A DNA stretch of 64,000 bases from Desulfomonilia bacterium (GTDB lineage: Bacteria; Desulfobacterota; Desulfomonilia; UBA1062): assembly GCA_963664325.2 (NCBI GenBank), contig CAXXDQ010000004.1, forward strand, positions 608,001-672,000, in the 5' to 3' direction. Made by a program: the position numbers and the translations under genes. Below the pieces are notes generated by a model. That model was given only the letters and a program-made list of their open reading frames with translations. It searched no databases and was not told the DNA's origin. Below are positions 1 through 8,366 of this stretch, one piece after another. Position 1 is the stretch's first letter, and each line of letters begins with the position of its first letter.

Positions 1-1
1 A

Positions 2-958
2 ACAAACCCCGCATCATGCGCCATTGCAGGGTTCCAGATAAAAAACATTCCTTCAGGGCCGGGCGGGTATCTTGAGGCGAAGACGCTCAAAGAACACATC
101 ACGAAAGATGTTGCGGCGCTGATGATCACGAACCCGAACACGCTCGGCATATTCGAGCAGGAGATCAGGGAAATAGCTGACCTGCTTCATGCGAACGGTT
201 CATACCTTTATATGGACGGCGCGAACCTGAACGCCATAATGGGCATTGCCCGGCCCGGAGACATGGGTGTGGACTGCATGCATGTAAACCTCCACAAGAC
301 GTTCTCGACGCCCCATGGCGGCGGCGGCCCCGGCGCAGGGCCTGTGCTCGTCACCGAGGAACTGGAGAAGTTTCTTCCCGTACCGAGGATCGTGCATGAA
401 CCTCACAAGCCCTTTGTTCTGAGCTATGATGCCCCCCTTTCCATCGGGATGGTGCATTCTTTTCTGGGCAACGCGGGAGTGCTGATAAGGGCTCTTGTCT
501 ATATTGTCAGCATCGGCCCCAAGGGCATATTTGAGGCCTCCCGGACCGCAGCGCTCAATGCGAACTACCTCAAGAAGAAGCTTTCCGGGATATTCGATCT
601 GCCCTATGATACGCCGACGCTGCATGAATTCGTGCTGTCCGATAAGTTGCAGAAGGACAGCCATGTGACTACGATGGATATGGCCAAGGCGCTGATGGAC
701 TATGGTTTTCATCCGCCCACCGTATACTTCCCGCTTGTCGTCCCGGGCGCGATAATGATTGAACCCACCGAAACCGAGCCGCTTTCCGAACTCGACAGGT
801 TTGCCCGGGCCATGGAGGAAATAGCGGGCCTTGCAAAAACCGATCCGGAATCCTTTCATGAAAGGCCGCTCATGACACCTGTTGCAAGGGTTGACGAGGT
901 GAAGGCCGCCCGCAGCCTGATATTGTCCTGGAGCGAAATGGAATCCAATACCTTATAA
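2..958 (+). CDS. gcvPB: Glycine dehydrogenase (aminomethyl-transferring) subunit 2, 5'-truncated by the window edge
   Basis: Frame is open from position 2 (TNPASCAIAG...). Motifs TNPNTLG, YMDGAN, HVNLHKTFSTPHGGGGPG (PLP lysine), GFHPPTVYFP and IEPTETE. Confidence 0.95.
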   Translation, partial: TNPASCAIAGFQIKNIPSGPGGYLEAKTLKEHITKDVAALMITNPNTLGIFEQEIREIADLLHANGSYLYMDGANLNAIMGIARPGDMGVDCMHVNLHKTFSTPHGGGGPGAGPVLVTEELEKFLPVPRIVHEPHKPFVLSYDAPLSIGMVHSFLGNAGVLIRALVYIVSIGPKGIFEASRTAALNANYLKKKLSGIFDLPYDTPTLHEFVLSDKLQKDSHVTTMDMAKALMDYGFHPPTVYFPLVVPGAIMIEPTETEPLSELDRFARAMEEIAGLAKTDPESFHERPLMTPVARVDEVKAARSLILSWSEMESNTL

Positions 959-969
959 AACTCATCTAA

Positions 970-1554
970 ATGGATAAGATAAAAAATCCAGGTAATGAAG
1001 TTGAACTTGTAAGGAGGATAAAGGGCGGTGATTCGACCGCGGTTGAGGACTTTGTCAGGCAGTATTCTTCAAGGGTCTACAGCCTTGCCTATCAGCTTAC
1101 CCGAAGCACCAGCGCCGCTGAAGAGATCATGCAGGAGGTCTTCATTACCGTGATCTCGAAAATAGCCACCCTTGAGAACGAGAATTATTTCTCGACATGG
1201 CTGTACAGGGTGACGGCGAACGCGGCTTACGGCTATCTGAGAAAAGAGAAGAAGCACAGGGACCTAGTGCCGGTTGACGAAGTCGATGCCGGCTCTCAGG
1301 CTTTGTATGATTTGACAGACCTGCCCGATGACATTCTTCTGTCGGACGAGAGCAGGGATATTGTAAGGCAGGCTATTGACAGGCTGCCCGAAACACTGCG
1401 CACGATCGTAATCATGAAGGACGTGGAAGGACTGCAAAACGAGGAAATCGCAGAGGCCATGAAACTCTCGCTCCCGGCGGTCAAATCACGGCTTCACAGG
1501 GGAAGGCTTATGCTGAGGGATAAGCTCTCAAGGCATTTAAGGAGGTATTCATGA
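970..1554 (+). CDS. ECF-type RNA polymerase sigma factor
   Basis: Region 2 (AEEIMQEVF...FSTWLYRVTAN) and region 4 (EEIAEAMKLSLPAVKSRLHRGR); 194 aa. Confidence 0.92.
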   Translation: MDKIKNPGNEVELVRRIKGGDSTAVEDFVRQYSSRVYSLAYQLTRSTSAAEEIMQEVFITVISKIATLENENYFSTWLYRVTANAAYGYLRKEKKHRDLVPVDEVDAGSQALYDLTDLPDDILLSDESRDIVRQAIDRLPETLRTIVIMKDVEGLQNEEIAEAMKLSLPAVKSRLHRGRLMLRDKLSRHLRRYS

Positions 1555-1805
1555 AAGACGGCATGAAAAAATGCGACCGCTACCTGAAACTCCTCTGTGA
1601 ATATGTCGATTCCGAGCTTTCCGAAGACCTTCACGGCGAGTTCAAGAGCCATGTCGAGTCCTGTGAAACATGCTGGAAGATGTTCAGGACCTATAATCTC
1701 ACTGTCACCCTTTCAAGAAAGACAAGGGATATACACACCGTGACGTCGGAGCAGGTTGAAAGGCTCTGCACGATTATAAGCAGCCGTATGTGCTCGAAAA
1801 AATAA
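1551..1805 (+). CDS. Zinc-binding anti-sigma factor (zf-HC2/ZAS)
   Basis: HVESCETC matches HxxxCxxC; ATGA overlap with the sigma gene. Confidence 0.85.
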   Translation: MKDGMKKCDRYLKLLCEYVDSELSEDLHGEFKSHVESCETCWKMFRTYNLTVTLSRKTRDIHTVTSEQVERLCTIISSRMCSKK

Positions 1806-1810
1806 TCCTG

Positions 1811-2554
1811 CTACGCGTCGATGCCCTTTAGATACTTTTCCCTGTCAAGCAGAAAGCCTCTGTAAATCCTGTAATAATCGGTTTCCTCGTATGATATCGG
1901 TTCAAGATGCTCCCTGTCGAAACTGATTATCCTGGCCCCCGGGCAGCTCAAAAGGATCGGAGAGTGTGTGGCGATTATAAACTGGGCATGGCCGTCCGAG
2001 CTCATCTCGGTCAGGAGCCTCAGGAATTCAATCTGCCTCTGCGGCGAGAGCGCCGTTTCCGGTTCATCGAGAAAATAAACGCCCTCGATTTTATACCGGG
2101 ATTTGAAAAACGACATGAAAGACTCGCCGTGAGACTGCGTGATAAGCGATTTGCCGCCGAAATAATCGAGCAGGCCCGGGTCGCAGCTGGCCCAGTCGTC
2201 AATGATTGTGGCCAGATGCTCATAGGATTCAGCCGAAAAATAGGCTCCGGGTTTTTTGCCGTCCGCCCAGACGACATCAATATAGCGGTAAAGTTCTTCT
2301 TCGTACGGGTTATAATCAAAGCGCGTCTTGCCGTATTCCTTCCAGATATAGATCCCGCAGCATTTGGTTATAGCCTTCAACAGGGTGGATTTGCCCGAGC
2401 CGTTCTCGCCGCAAAAAAAAGTTATCTTCGTATCGAAGGTAAGGCTCCGCGACTTTTTAAATACGTCCAGGTTGAAGGGGTAGACATCCTTTTGAGGATA
2501 ATCCAGGGGTCTGAATGTCAATTTCTTTAAATGCATAATATATTTATTTAGCAC
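1811..2554 (-). CDS. ABC/AAA-type ATPase (COG3910-like)
   Basis: Walker A GENGSGKST, signature SHGESF, Walker B YFLDEPE, ATHSP switch; no permease alongside. Confidence 0.85.
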   Translation of the reverse strand: MLNKYIMHLKKLTFRPLDYPQKDVYPFNLDVFKKSRSLTFDTKITFFCGENGSGKSTLLKAITKCCGIYIWKEYGKTRFDYNPYEEELYRYIDVVWADGKKPGAYFSAESYEHLATIIDDWASCDPGLLDYFGGKSLITQSHGESFMSFFKSRYKIEGVYFLDEPETALSPQRQIEFLRLLTEMSSDGHAQFIIATHSPILLSCPGARIISFDREHLEPISYEETDYYRIYRGFLLDREKYLKGIDA

Positions 2555-2625
2555 ATCTTGGTTGACGATGCCTGCCTGAATTTATAATAATGCATTCTTA
2601 TCTTTAATAATCCAGGAGGAATTTT

Positions 2626-4482
2626 ATGGCACAGATGATTCTTGATGAACGGGACCAGCAATTCATACTCTATGAAATGCTCGGGGTGGAGAAATTATGC
2701 GAAAAGTCCAAATTCGCCGACTTTTCAAAAGACATGTTCGACATGATTCTCACTGAGGCGCAGAAGATTGCAGTCGAAGAGATTTTCCCCACGCTTGCAG
2801 ACAGCGATAAAGAGGGGTGCAGGCTCGAAAAGGGCCAGGTATATGTCCCCAAATGCTTTGAAAAGGTGTTCAAGCTGTTCTGCGAAGGGGGCTGGATCGG
2901 AATGAGCTTTCCTCCCGAGGAAGGCGGCCAGGGTCTGCCCATTACTGTCAGGACGGCGGCGACCGAATGGTTTTTCCACAACTTCGCATTTATCTGCTAT
3001 CCTTTTGCATGTGAAGGGGCCGCACATCTGATAATGACCTACGGGACCGAGGAGCAGAAGCATAGATATATCCCCAAGATGCTTGCAGGCCAGTGGGGCG
3101 GGACCATGGTGCTGACCGAGCCCGGCGCAGGGACCGACCTCGGCAATATGACCACGAAGGCAATCCGCCAGCCTGACGGGACCTTCAAGATACAGGGAAC
3201 GAAAATATTCATTACGGCCGGCGACCAGAACCTCACCGAAAATATCATCCATCCTGTGCTTGCGAGGATCGAAGGCGACCCGGCAGGCACCAAGGGCATC
3301 TCGATATTCATAGTGCCGAAATACATCTTAAACGCTGACGGCAGTCCCGGCAAACGCAACGACTATGAGATCGCCAATATAGAAGAGAAGATGGGGATTC
3401 ACGGCAGCGCCACATGCCTGATCAATTTCGGCGACAACAACGAGTGCTACGCCGAACTTCTGGGCGAGGAAAGGGAAGGCATGAAGGTCATGTTCCAGAT
3501 GATGAACGAAGCCCGCCTGGCGGTCGGAATGCAGGGTATAGCAAGCGCTTCGATCGCCTACCTGCATGCGCTTCAGTATGCCAAGGACCGGCTTCAGGGC
3601 TCTTCGCTGCTCGAGATGAAAAATCCGGATGCCCCGCGCGTCCCGATCATTCAGCATGCGGACGTGCGCCGCAACCTTTTGTGGATGAAGTCGAACGTCG
3701 AAAGCATGCGCGCCCTGGGCTATTTCATCGGCTACTGCTTTGACATGCACCTGCTTGCGGAAACTCCGGAGGAAAAGGAAAAATGGCTCGGCCTGGCCGA
3801 GGTCCTGACTCCCATCTGCAAGGCCTACTGCTCGGACGTGGCATTCAAGGTCACCGAGACGGCCATGCAGGTCTACGGCGGATACGGATACTGCGCGGAA
3901 TATCCGGTGGAGCAGTTCCTCCGCGATGAGAAGATAGCCTCCATCTATGAAGGCGCCAACGGCATACAGGCGCTCGACCTGGTCGGCCGCAAGCTCGGCA
4001 TGAAAAAGGGCATGTATTTCATGGGGCTTCTCGGCGAGATGAACGCCTCCATCGCAAAATACAAGGATGTGGAAGGCCTCAAGGACCTGGCCGAAGACGT
4101 GCAGGCGGGCGTCAACACCCTGGCCGAGACGGCGATGTTCTTTGCAAAGTGCGGCAAGGAGGGCAAGTTCCTTGTGCCGGTCAACAATGCATACCCGTTC
4201 CTTATCCTGATGGGACGTGTGGTCTCGGCCTGGTTCATATTCTGGCAGGCGGGCATCGCCCAGCAGAAGCTTTCAGCAATCGCTGCTGAAAAGGGCATCG
4301 GCCTTGCCGACACGGCGCAGCTGGCCAGGGCGGGCAAGGATGCGGCCTTCTATATCGGCAAGATAAACGCCGCAAAGTTCTTCATCAGGAACGTGCTGCC
4401 TGAGATTGACGGCATCGTGAAGTCCATCAGGAAAGAGGATATGTCGATCCTGGAGATCCCGGAAGAAAGCTTCGCTTCATAG
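2626..4482 (+). CDS. Acyl-CoA dehydrogenase (long, ~600 aa type)
   Basis: MVLTEPGAGTDLG, GTKIFIT, EEKMGIHGSATC, QVYGGYGY, IYEGANGIQALDL; SD GGAGG upstream. Confidence 0.95.
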   Translation: MAQMILDERDQQFILYEMLGVEKLCEKSKFADFSKDMFDMILTEAQKIAVEEIFPTLADSDKEGCRLEKGQVYVPKCFEKVFKLFCEGGWIGMSFPPEEGGQGLPITVRTAATEWFFHNFAFICYPFACEGAAHLIMTYGTEEQKHRYIPKMLAGQWGGTMVLTEPGAGTDLGNMTTKAIRQPDGTFKIQGTKIFITAGDQNLTENIIHPVLARIEGDPAGTKGISIFIVPKYILNADGSPGKRNDYEIANIEEKMGIHGSATCLINFGDNNECYAELLGEEREGMKVMFQMMNEARLAVGMQGIASASIAYLHALQYAKDRLQGSSLLEMKNPDAPRVPIIQHADVRRNLLWMKSNVESMRALGYFIGYCFDMHLLAETPEEKEKWLGLAEVLTPICKAYCSDVAFKVTETAMQVYGGYGYCAEYPVEQFLRDEKIASIYEGANGIQALDLVGRKLGMKKGMYFMGLLGEMNASIAKYKDVEGLKDLAEDVQAGVNTLAETAMFFAKCGKEGKFLVPVNNAYPFLILMGRVVSAWFIFWQAGIAQQKLSAIAAEKGIGLADTAQLARAGKDAAFYIGKINAAKFFIRNVLPEIDGIVKSIRKEDMSILEIPEESFAS

Positions 4483-4492
4483 GATATAAAGC

Positions 4493-4552
4493 GGCACCGG
4501 GCTTTTATCCCCGGCGGATCTGCAATATGCCGGGGAAGAAAGGTCCGGTGCC
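4493..4552. other. Long GC-rich hairpin after the acyl-CoA dehydrogenase gene (terminator or processing stem)
   Basis: GGCACCGGGCTTT-TA-TCCCCGGC / 13-nt loop / GCCGGGGA-AG-AAAGGTCCGGTGCC; no clean U-tract. Confidence 0.55.
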
Positions 4553-4644
4553 CCGTCCCGAGCGCCTGTCCCGTTTTGCCGTTTAAGCATTGTCCTTATT
4601 GTGGTAGATATAGCCCAGAAAAATGCCCCTGAAGGGAGTGTCTT

Positions 4645-5448
4645 ATGAAAAAGACTGTCAGCGTACTCGATGTTGTCCAGAGCAAAGGCAAAAAGCGCAT
4701 CGTCGTGGTGACCTCCTATGATTTCACGATGACGCGCATCCTCAATGCGACCGATGTCGATATAATCCTTGTGGGCGATTCCGCGGGGGGCGTGATAGCG
4801 GGCTATGACAACACCATCCCCGTCACCATGGACCAGATGATCTATCATACGAAGTGCGTTGCGGCCGCGAAGCCGAAAGCCCTCCTGGTGGGCGACATGC
4901 CCTTCATGTCCTATCAGGCAAGCGTCGAAGAGGCTGTCAGAAACGCCGGAAGATTGCTTAAGGAAGGGGGCGCTGTCGCCATAAAGCTCGAGGGCGGCAT
5001 CCGCATGATCGAGCAGGTAAAGGCCATCATCAGGGCCGACATCCCGGTCATGGGACACCTCGGTCTTACTCCCCAGTCGGTCTATGCATTCGGCGGCCAC
5101 AGGGTCCAGGGCCGCGGGGTCCCGGCGGTCAAAAGGCTCATGGACGACGCCCTTGCGCTGCAGGACGCCGGTGCCTTTTCAATCGTGCTTGAATGCGTGC
5201 CTGCACCTGTTGCGAAAAAGGTTACCGAGAAACTGTCCATTCCCACAATCGGCATAGGCGCGGGTGCGGCCTGCGACGGGCAGGTGCTGGTGATACAGGA
5301 TATGCTCGGCATGAACAAGGAGTTCAAACCCAAGTTCGTCAAAAGATATATGGAACTATGCGACACTATTGCGGACGCCGTAAACACCTACTCGGCGGAA
5401 GTCAGGGCCGGCACCTTCCCCGACGACGAGCATTCGTTTCTGGAATAG
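4645..5448 (+). CDS. panB: 3-methyl-2-oxobutanoate hydroxymethyltransferase
   Basis: ILVGDS, GDMPFMSY, AIKLEGG, MGHLGLTPQS, IGIGAG, DGQVLV motifs. Confidence 0.97.
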   Translation: MKKTVSVLDVVQSKGKKRIVVVTSYDFTMTRILNATDVDIILVGDSAGGVIAGYDNTIPVTMDQMIYHTKCVAAAKPKALLVGDMPFMSYQASVEEAVRNAGRLLKEGGAVAIKLEGGIRMIEQVKAIIRADIPVMGHLGLTPQSVYAFGGHRVQGRGVPAVKRLMDDALALQDAGAFSIVLECVPAPVAKKVTEKLSIPTIGIGAGAACDGQVLVIQDMLGMNKEFKPKFVKRYMELCDTIADAVNTYSAEVRAGTFPDDEHSFLE

Positions 5449-5577
5449 CAACAGCAGGACAGATATGAGGGCTGAAGGAATTTTTTAATAGAGGGGTATA
5501 CTAAGTTATTTAAACATCAGCTTCCCCCTACGATTCCAGCCTATAAAGATATCCTGGGAGGTCTTGACAAATGAACA

Positions 5578-5883
5578 TTGCCTAAAATCATCGCGGGAAT
5601 CGGTTTTGTGATTATCTTGCTGGCTTGTTATGCCATTATTGATGAAGGCTCTTCTGGAGAATATTTTGAAACAGATACTTTAAATTTTTTTGAAGCGAAT
5701 GGCTTTGCTTTTTATAGGAATTTCTTTAGTTGTGTCAGCTATTTGTCTGAAGATATGTTTTATGTCCTAATTCATGGTGGGAACTATCAGGTCGGGTCGG
5801 AACTACTATTCAATATTATGACTGGTATTCTTACCAAGATACGCAATATCTTTCCAACCATTGAGCTAATCCATTTATTTTGA
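5578..5883 (+). CDS. Hypothetical AT-rich protein with hydrophobic N-terminus; start uncertain
   Basis: 101-aa ORF from TTG. The SD-preceded ATG at 5571 is out of frame by one base, so the gene may be frameshifted. Confidence 0.35.
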   Translation: MPKIIAGIGFVIILLACYAIIDEGSSGEYFETDTLNFFEANGFAFYRNFFSCVSYLSEDMFYVLIHGGNYQVGSELLFNIMTGILTKIRNIFPTIELIHLF

Positions 5884-6246
5884 CCAGACTATAACTTTTG
5901 CAGTGTATGAAGTGTTTCTCGGTCCAGATTCCATTTCGGGATATATTATAGCGTCCGCTCCTTTTTCGCATGCTTGCCGCTTTAAATAGTCAAATATGTA
6001 TTCATCATATCCATTACGTTCAGTTATCCTAATAACAGTTAATATCCCATATGGTTTGGTGATTTTATTTTCTTCAATGATTTTTATTGTTTTGGTGCAA
6101 TCGACTATCCGCTGTTCTTCTATTTGTGCCTGTTCGGCCTCTTTAGCCATTTGTTCCTTTTGTTCATTCGTAAGATTTGCATATCTACTGGAAGTACAGC
6201 TTATTAATAATAAAATTCCAACACAAAATAGAAATATGTTTTTCAT
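5875..6246 (-). CDS. Hypothetical small lipoprotein
   Basis: Signal peptide with lipobox LISC; C-terminal LKRQACEKGADAII resembles YbjQ/heavy-metal-binding-like small domains; SD upstream. Confidence 0.65.
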   Translation of the reverse strand: MKNIFLFCVGILLLISCTSSRYANLTNEQKEQMAKEAEQAQIEEQRIVDCTKTIKIIEENKITKPYGILTVIRITERNGYDEYIFDYLKRQACEKGADAIIYPEMESGPRNTSYTAKVIVWSK

Positions 6247-6451
6247 TTAAACCCTTCCTTACAATGGCAAACAATCATAATTAACATATTACACCATGAG
6301 ACCTATAATTTCCATCATGCCTTAAGTCAAAAGTAATCATAGTAACTATTCGTTATTTAACAGTTTAAATCGAGTTTTCAGGGGACGCTCATGAAAATAT
6401 GACTGGAAGTCTCATGTTCCTTTGAAATTATAAATCCAAGGTGTATTTATA

Positions 6452-6560
6452 AAGCAGGTCGCTAGCGATAAGCTGATCAGCAATTGAGCTGATAAACAAA
6501 ATCAAGGACAAGAAAAGGTTTTGCTCAACAGCTTATCAGCTTAACAGCTCAACAACTTTT
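6452..6560. repeat. Octamer-periodic inverted-repeat element, copy 1
   Basis: Left arm AGCTGATC-AGCAATTG-AGCTGATA; right arm GCTCAACA-GCTTATCA-GCTTAACA-GCTCAACA; the arms are approximate reverse complements. Confidence 0.7.
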
Positions 6561-6573
6561 AACTGAGGCAGAT

Positions 6574-7155
6574 ATGAAAAGCGAACGGGAAAAAATGGTG
6601 AGCGGAGAGCTTTATATTTCAAGCGACCCCGAACTCATCGCAGCGCGCAGGCGGGCGAGGCTCCTGATCGATGCGTTCAATGCAACGACGGACGAACAAT
6701 GGGACGAGCGCGCCAGGATCATAAAAGAGCTCATACCGGAATCCGGAAAGGGCGTATTCATCGAGCCGCCTTTCTTCTGTGATTACGGGAACAATATCAG
6801 GCTCGGCGATAGTGTGTTCTTCAATTTTAATTGCGTCATACTCGATAGCGGCCCGCCTGTGACAATAGGCTCGCATGTAATGTTCGGCCCGGCGGTACAG
6901 GTCTACGCAGCGACGCACCCCATGAGCGCCTCCGTGCGCAGGAAAGGCCTGGAGTTCGGAAAGGCCGTCGAGATAGGAGATGACGTCTGGATAGGCGGCG
7001 GCGCCATAATATGCCCGGGCGTGAAGATCGGCTCAAGGGCCGTAATCGGCGCAGGCAGCGTAGTGACAAGGGATATACCCCCGGATGTCTTCGCCGCAGG
7101 CAATCCGTGCAGGGTCGTCAGAGATATAACGGAAAACTCAGGCGATATCGATTAA
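6574..7155 (+). CDS. maa: Maltose/sugar O-acetyltransferase (hexapeptide-repeat)
   Basis: EKMVSGELY, IEPPFFCDYGNNI, YAATHP, VWIGGGAIICPGVKIG, AGNPCRV. Confidence 0.9.
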   Translation: MKSEREKMVSGELYISSDPELIAARRRARLLIDAFNATTDEQWDERARIIKELIPESGKGVFIEPPFFCDYGNNIRLGDSVFFNFNCVILDSGPPVTIGSHVMFGPAVQVYAATHPMSASVRRKGLEFGKAVEIGDDVWIGGGAIICPGVKIGSRAVIGAGSVVTRDIPPDVFAAGNPCRVVRDITENSGDID

Positions 7156-7220
7156 AAGCCCATTCACTCCGGCCCTCCCAGGAGAAAAAGCCCAAGACAT
7201 CCTTGAGTTAAACTACCGGG

Positions 7221-8213
7221 CTACTGACCGAGCTGCTGCGCCAGTTTCTGTATGGTCTTGAAAACAGTGGAGGCGGCGCCGCCAATTGTATCACGAAGAG
7301 ACTGCTTGGCCTGAACTATCATGCCATCGGTTGTGAGAGTGGCCGTATTCACGGTTGAGGCGACCTGGTTCAGGGCATTTATCCGTGACTGAATGATATT
7401 TTTCCAGTCCTGCCTGCACGAGCTGTCGGTCAGGTCCGTACAGGACGGAAGAGTGACCGTCTCTTTCGTGCATGTAAGGAGCAGGTTCTTTTCGCTGTCC
7501 GACAAGGCTGTTTGCGCCTCGATCTTCGCGAGCATTGCATTAAGATGATCGATGGTAGACGAAATATCGCCCGGACTTATCGTTGTTGCATCCTGAATCA
7601 TCTTGTTTACCGCATTGTCGAAGTCTTCGGCATACTGCTGGTACGTGTTTATAATCCCGGATGTCAGATCGTTAGAAATATTATAATCCTCGCCTGACGG
7701 CAGCGCGGCATATGCCGGTTCGTGGACATCATTCAGGAAGATGATAATCAGTTCGCCCAGTTCGATACTGTCCCCGGCATAAGTCAATTCATCGAAAGTC
7801 ATTAAAGCGAGCGCATCAAAGGAAAGCTCCTCCTTCTCTTCGTCGTATACGGGGTTCGATACCGTGATAAAGCGGAGGTCGTATGACCCCCGGCCGTCGT
7901 CTTCGAATATTACCGCATCGACATGCGGTCCGGTGTACTGTTCATTCCAGTGCGTCGAGAGGCAGGACTGCATTTCCAGCGTTCCGATGTGAACATCCGG
8001 GCCGTTCTCGACATACCAGCCCATTTCCGGCTTCACTCCGCTCAGTACAAGCCGGTGCTCTCTGTAGGAGACTTCATATATAGTTCCCGAGTCGGCTGCA
8101 GCCGCAAAATAGACGTTTGACGGAAATCCGTCGTTGTCTGACGCGGAGCATGCGCACAGGAGCATAATGACCGGAATAATAACGTAGACAGAGTTGTTCA
8201 CAGGGATCTTCAT
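7221..8213 (-). CDS. Hypothetical two-domain lipoprotein
   Basis: Lipobox LCAC after a hydrophobic stretch; beta-rich N-terminal half and helical C-terminal half. Confidence 0.7.
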   Translation of the reverse strand: MKIPVNNSVYVIIPVIMLLCACSASDNDGFPSNVYFAAAADSGTIYEVSYREHRLVLSGVKPEMGWYVENGPDVHIGTLEMQSCLSTHWNEQYTGPHVDAVIFEDDGRGSYDLRFITVSNPVYDEEKEELSFDALALMTFDELTYAGDSIELGELIIIFLNDVHEPAYAALPSGEDYNISNDLTSGIINTYQQYAEDFDNAVNKMIQDATTISPGDISSTIDHLNAMLAKIEAQTALSDSEKNLLLTCTKETVTLPSCTDLTDSSCRQDWKNIIQSRINALNQVASTVNTATLTTDGMIVQAKQSLRDTIGGAASTVFKTIQKLAQQLGQ

Positions 8214-8220
8214 ATTGTAC

Positions 8221-8247
8221 TTTTCGGATTAAACGGCCTAAACTTAA
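8221..8247 (-). promoter_or_regulatory. Putative sigma28 (FliA)-type promoter, possibly leaderless transcript
   Basis: Minus strand TTAAGTTT-N11-TCCGAAAA, ending 7 nt before the ATG at 8213; no SD. Confidence 0.5.
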
Positions 8248-8366
8248 GACCTTTGCGTCAGGTTTTTCCCACTTATCCGCTTTGTCGGCTATGACACGGT
8301 CATGGAGGTGATGTCCGTAAATGCCCGGGTGAAAGTTTAATCGGGACCGTTAATCTGTCACCCCTG

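Noticed and set aside
1811-2554. Anti-phage defence ATPase
   Set aside because: Stand-alone COG3910-like ATPase with no nuclease or other defence partner nearby.
6452-6560. CRISPR array interpretation of the short repeats
   Set aside because: The repeats are degenerate 8-mers in inverted arms with no unique spacers, and no cas genes are present.
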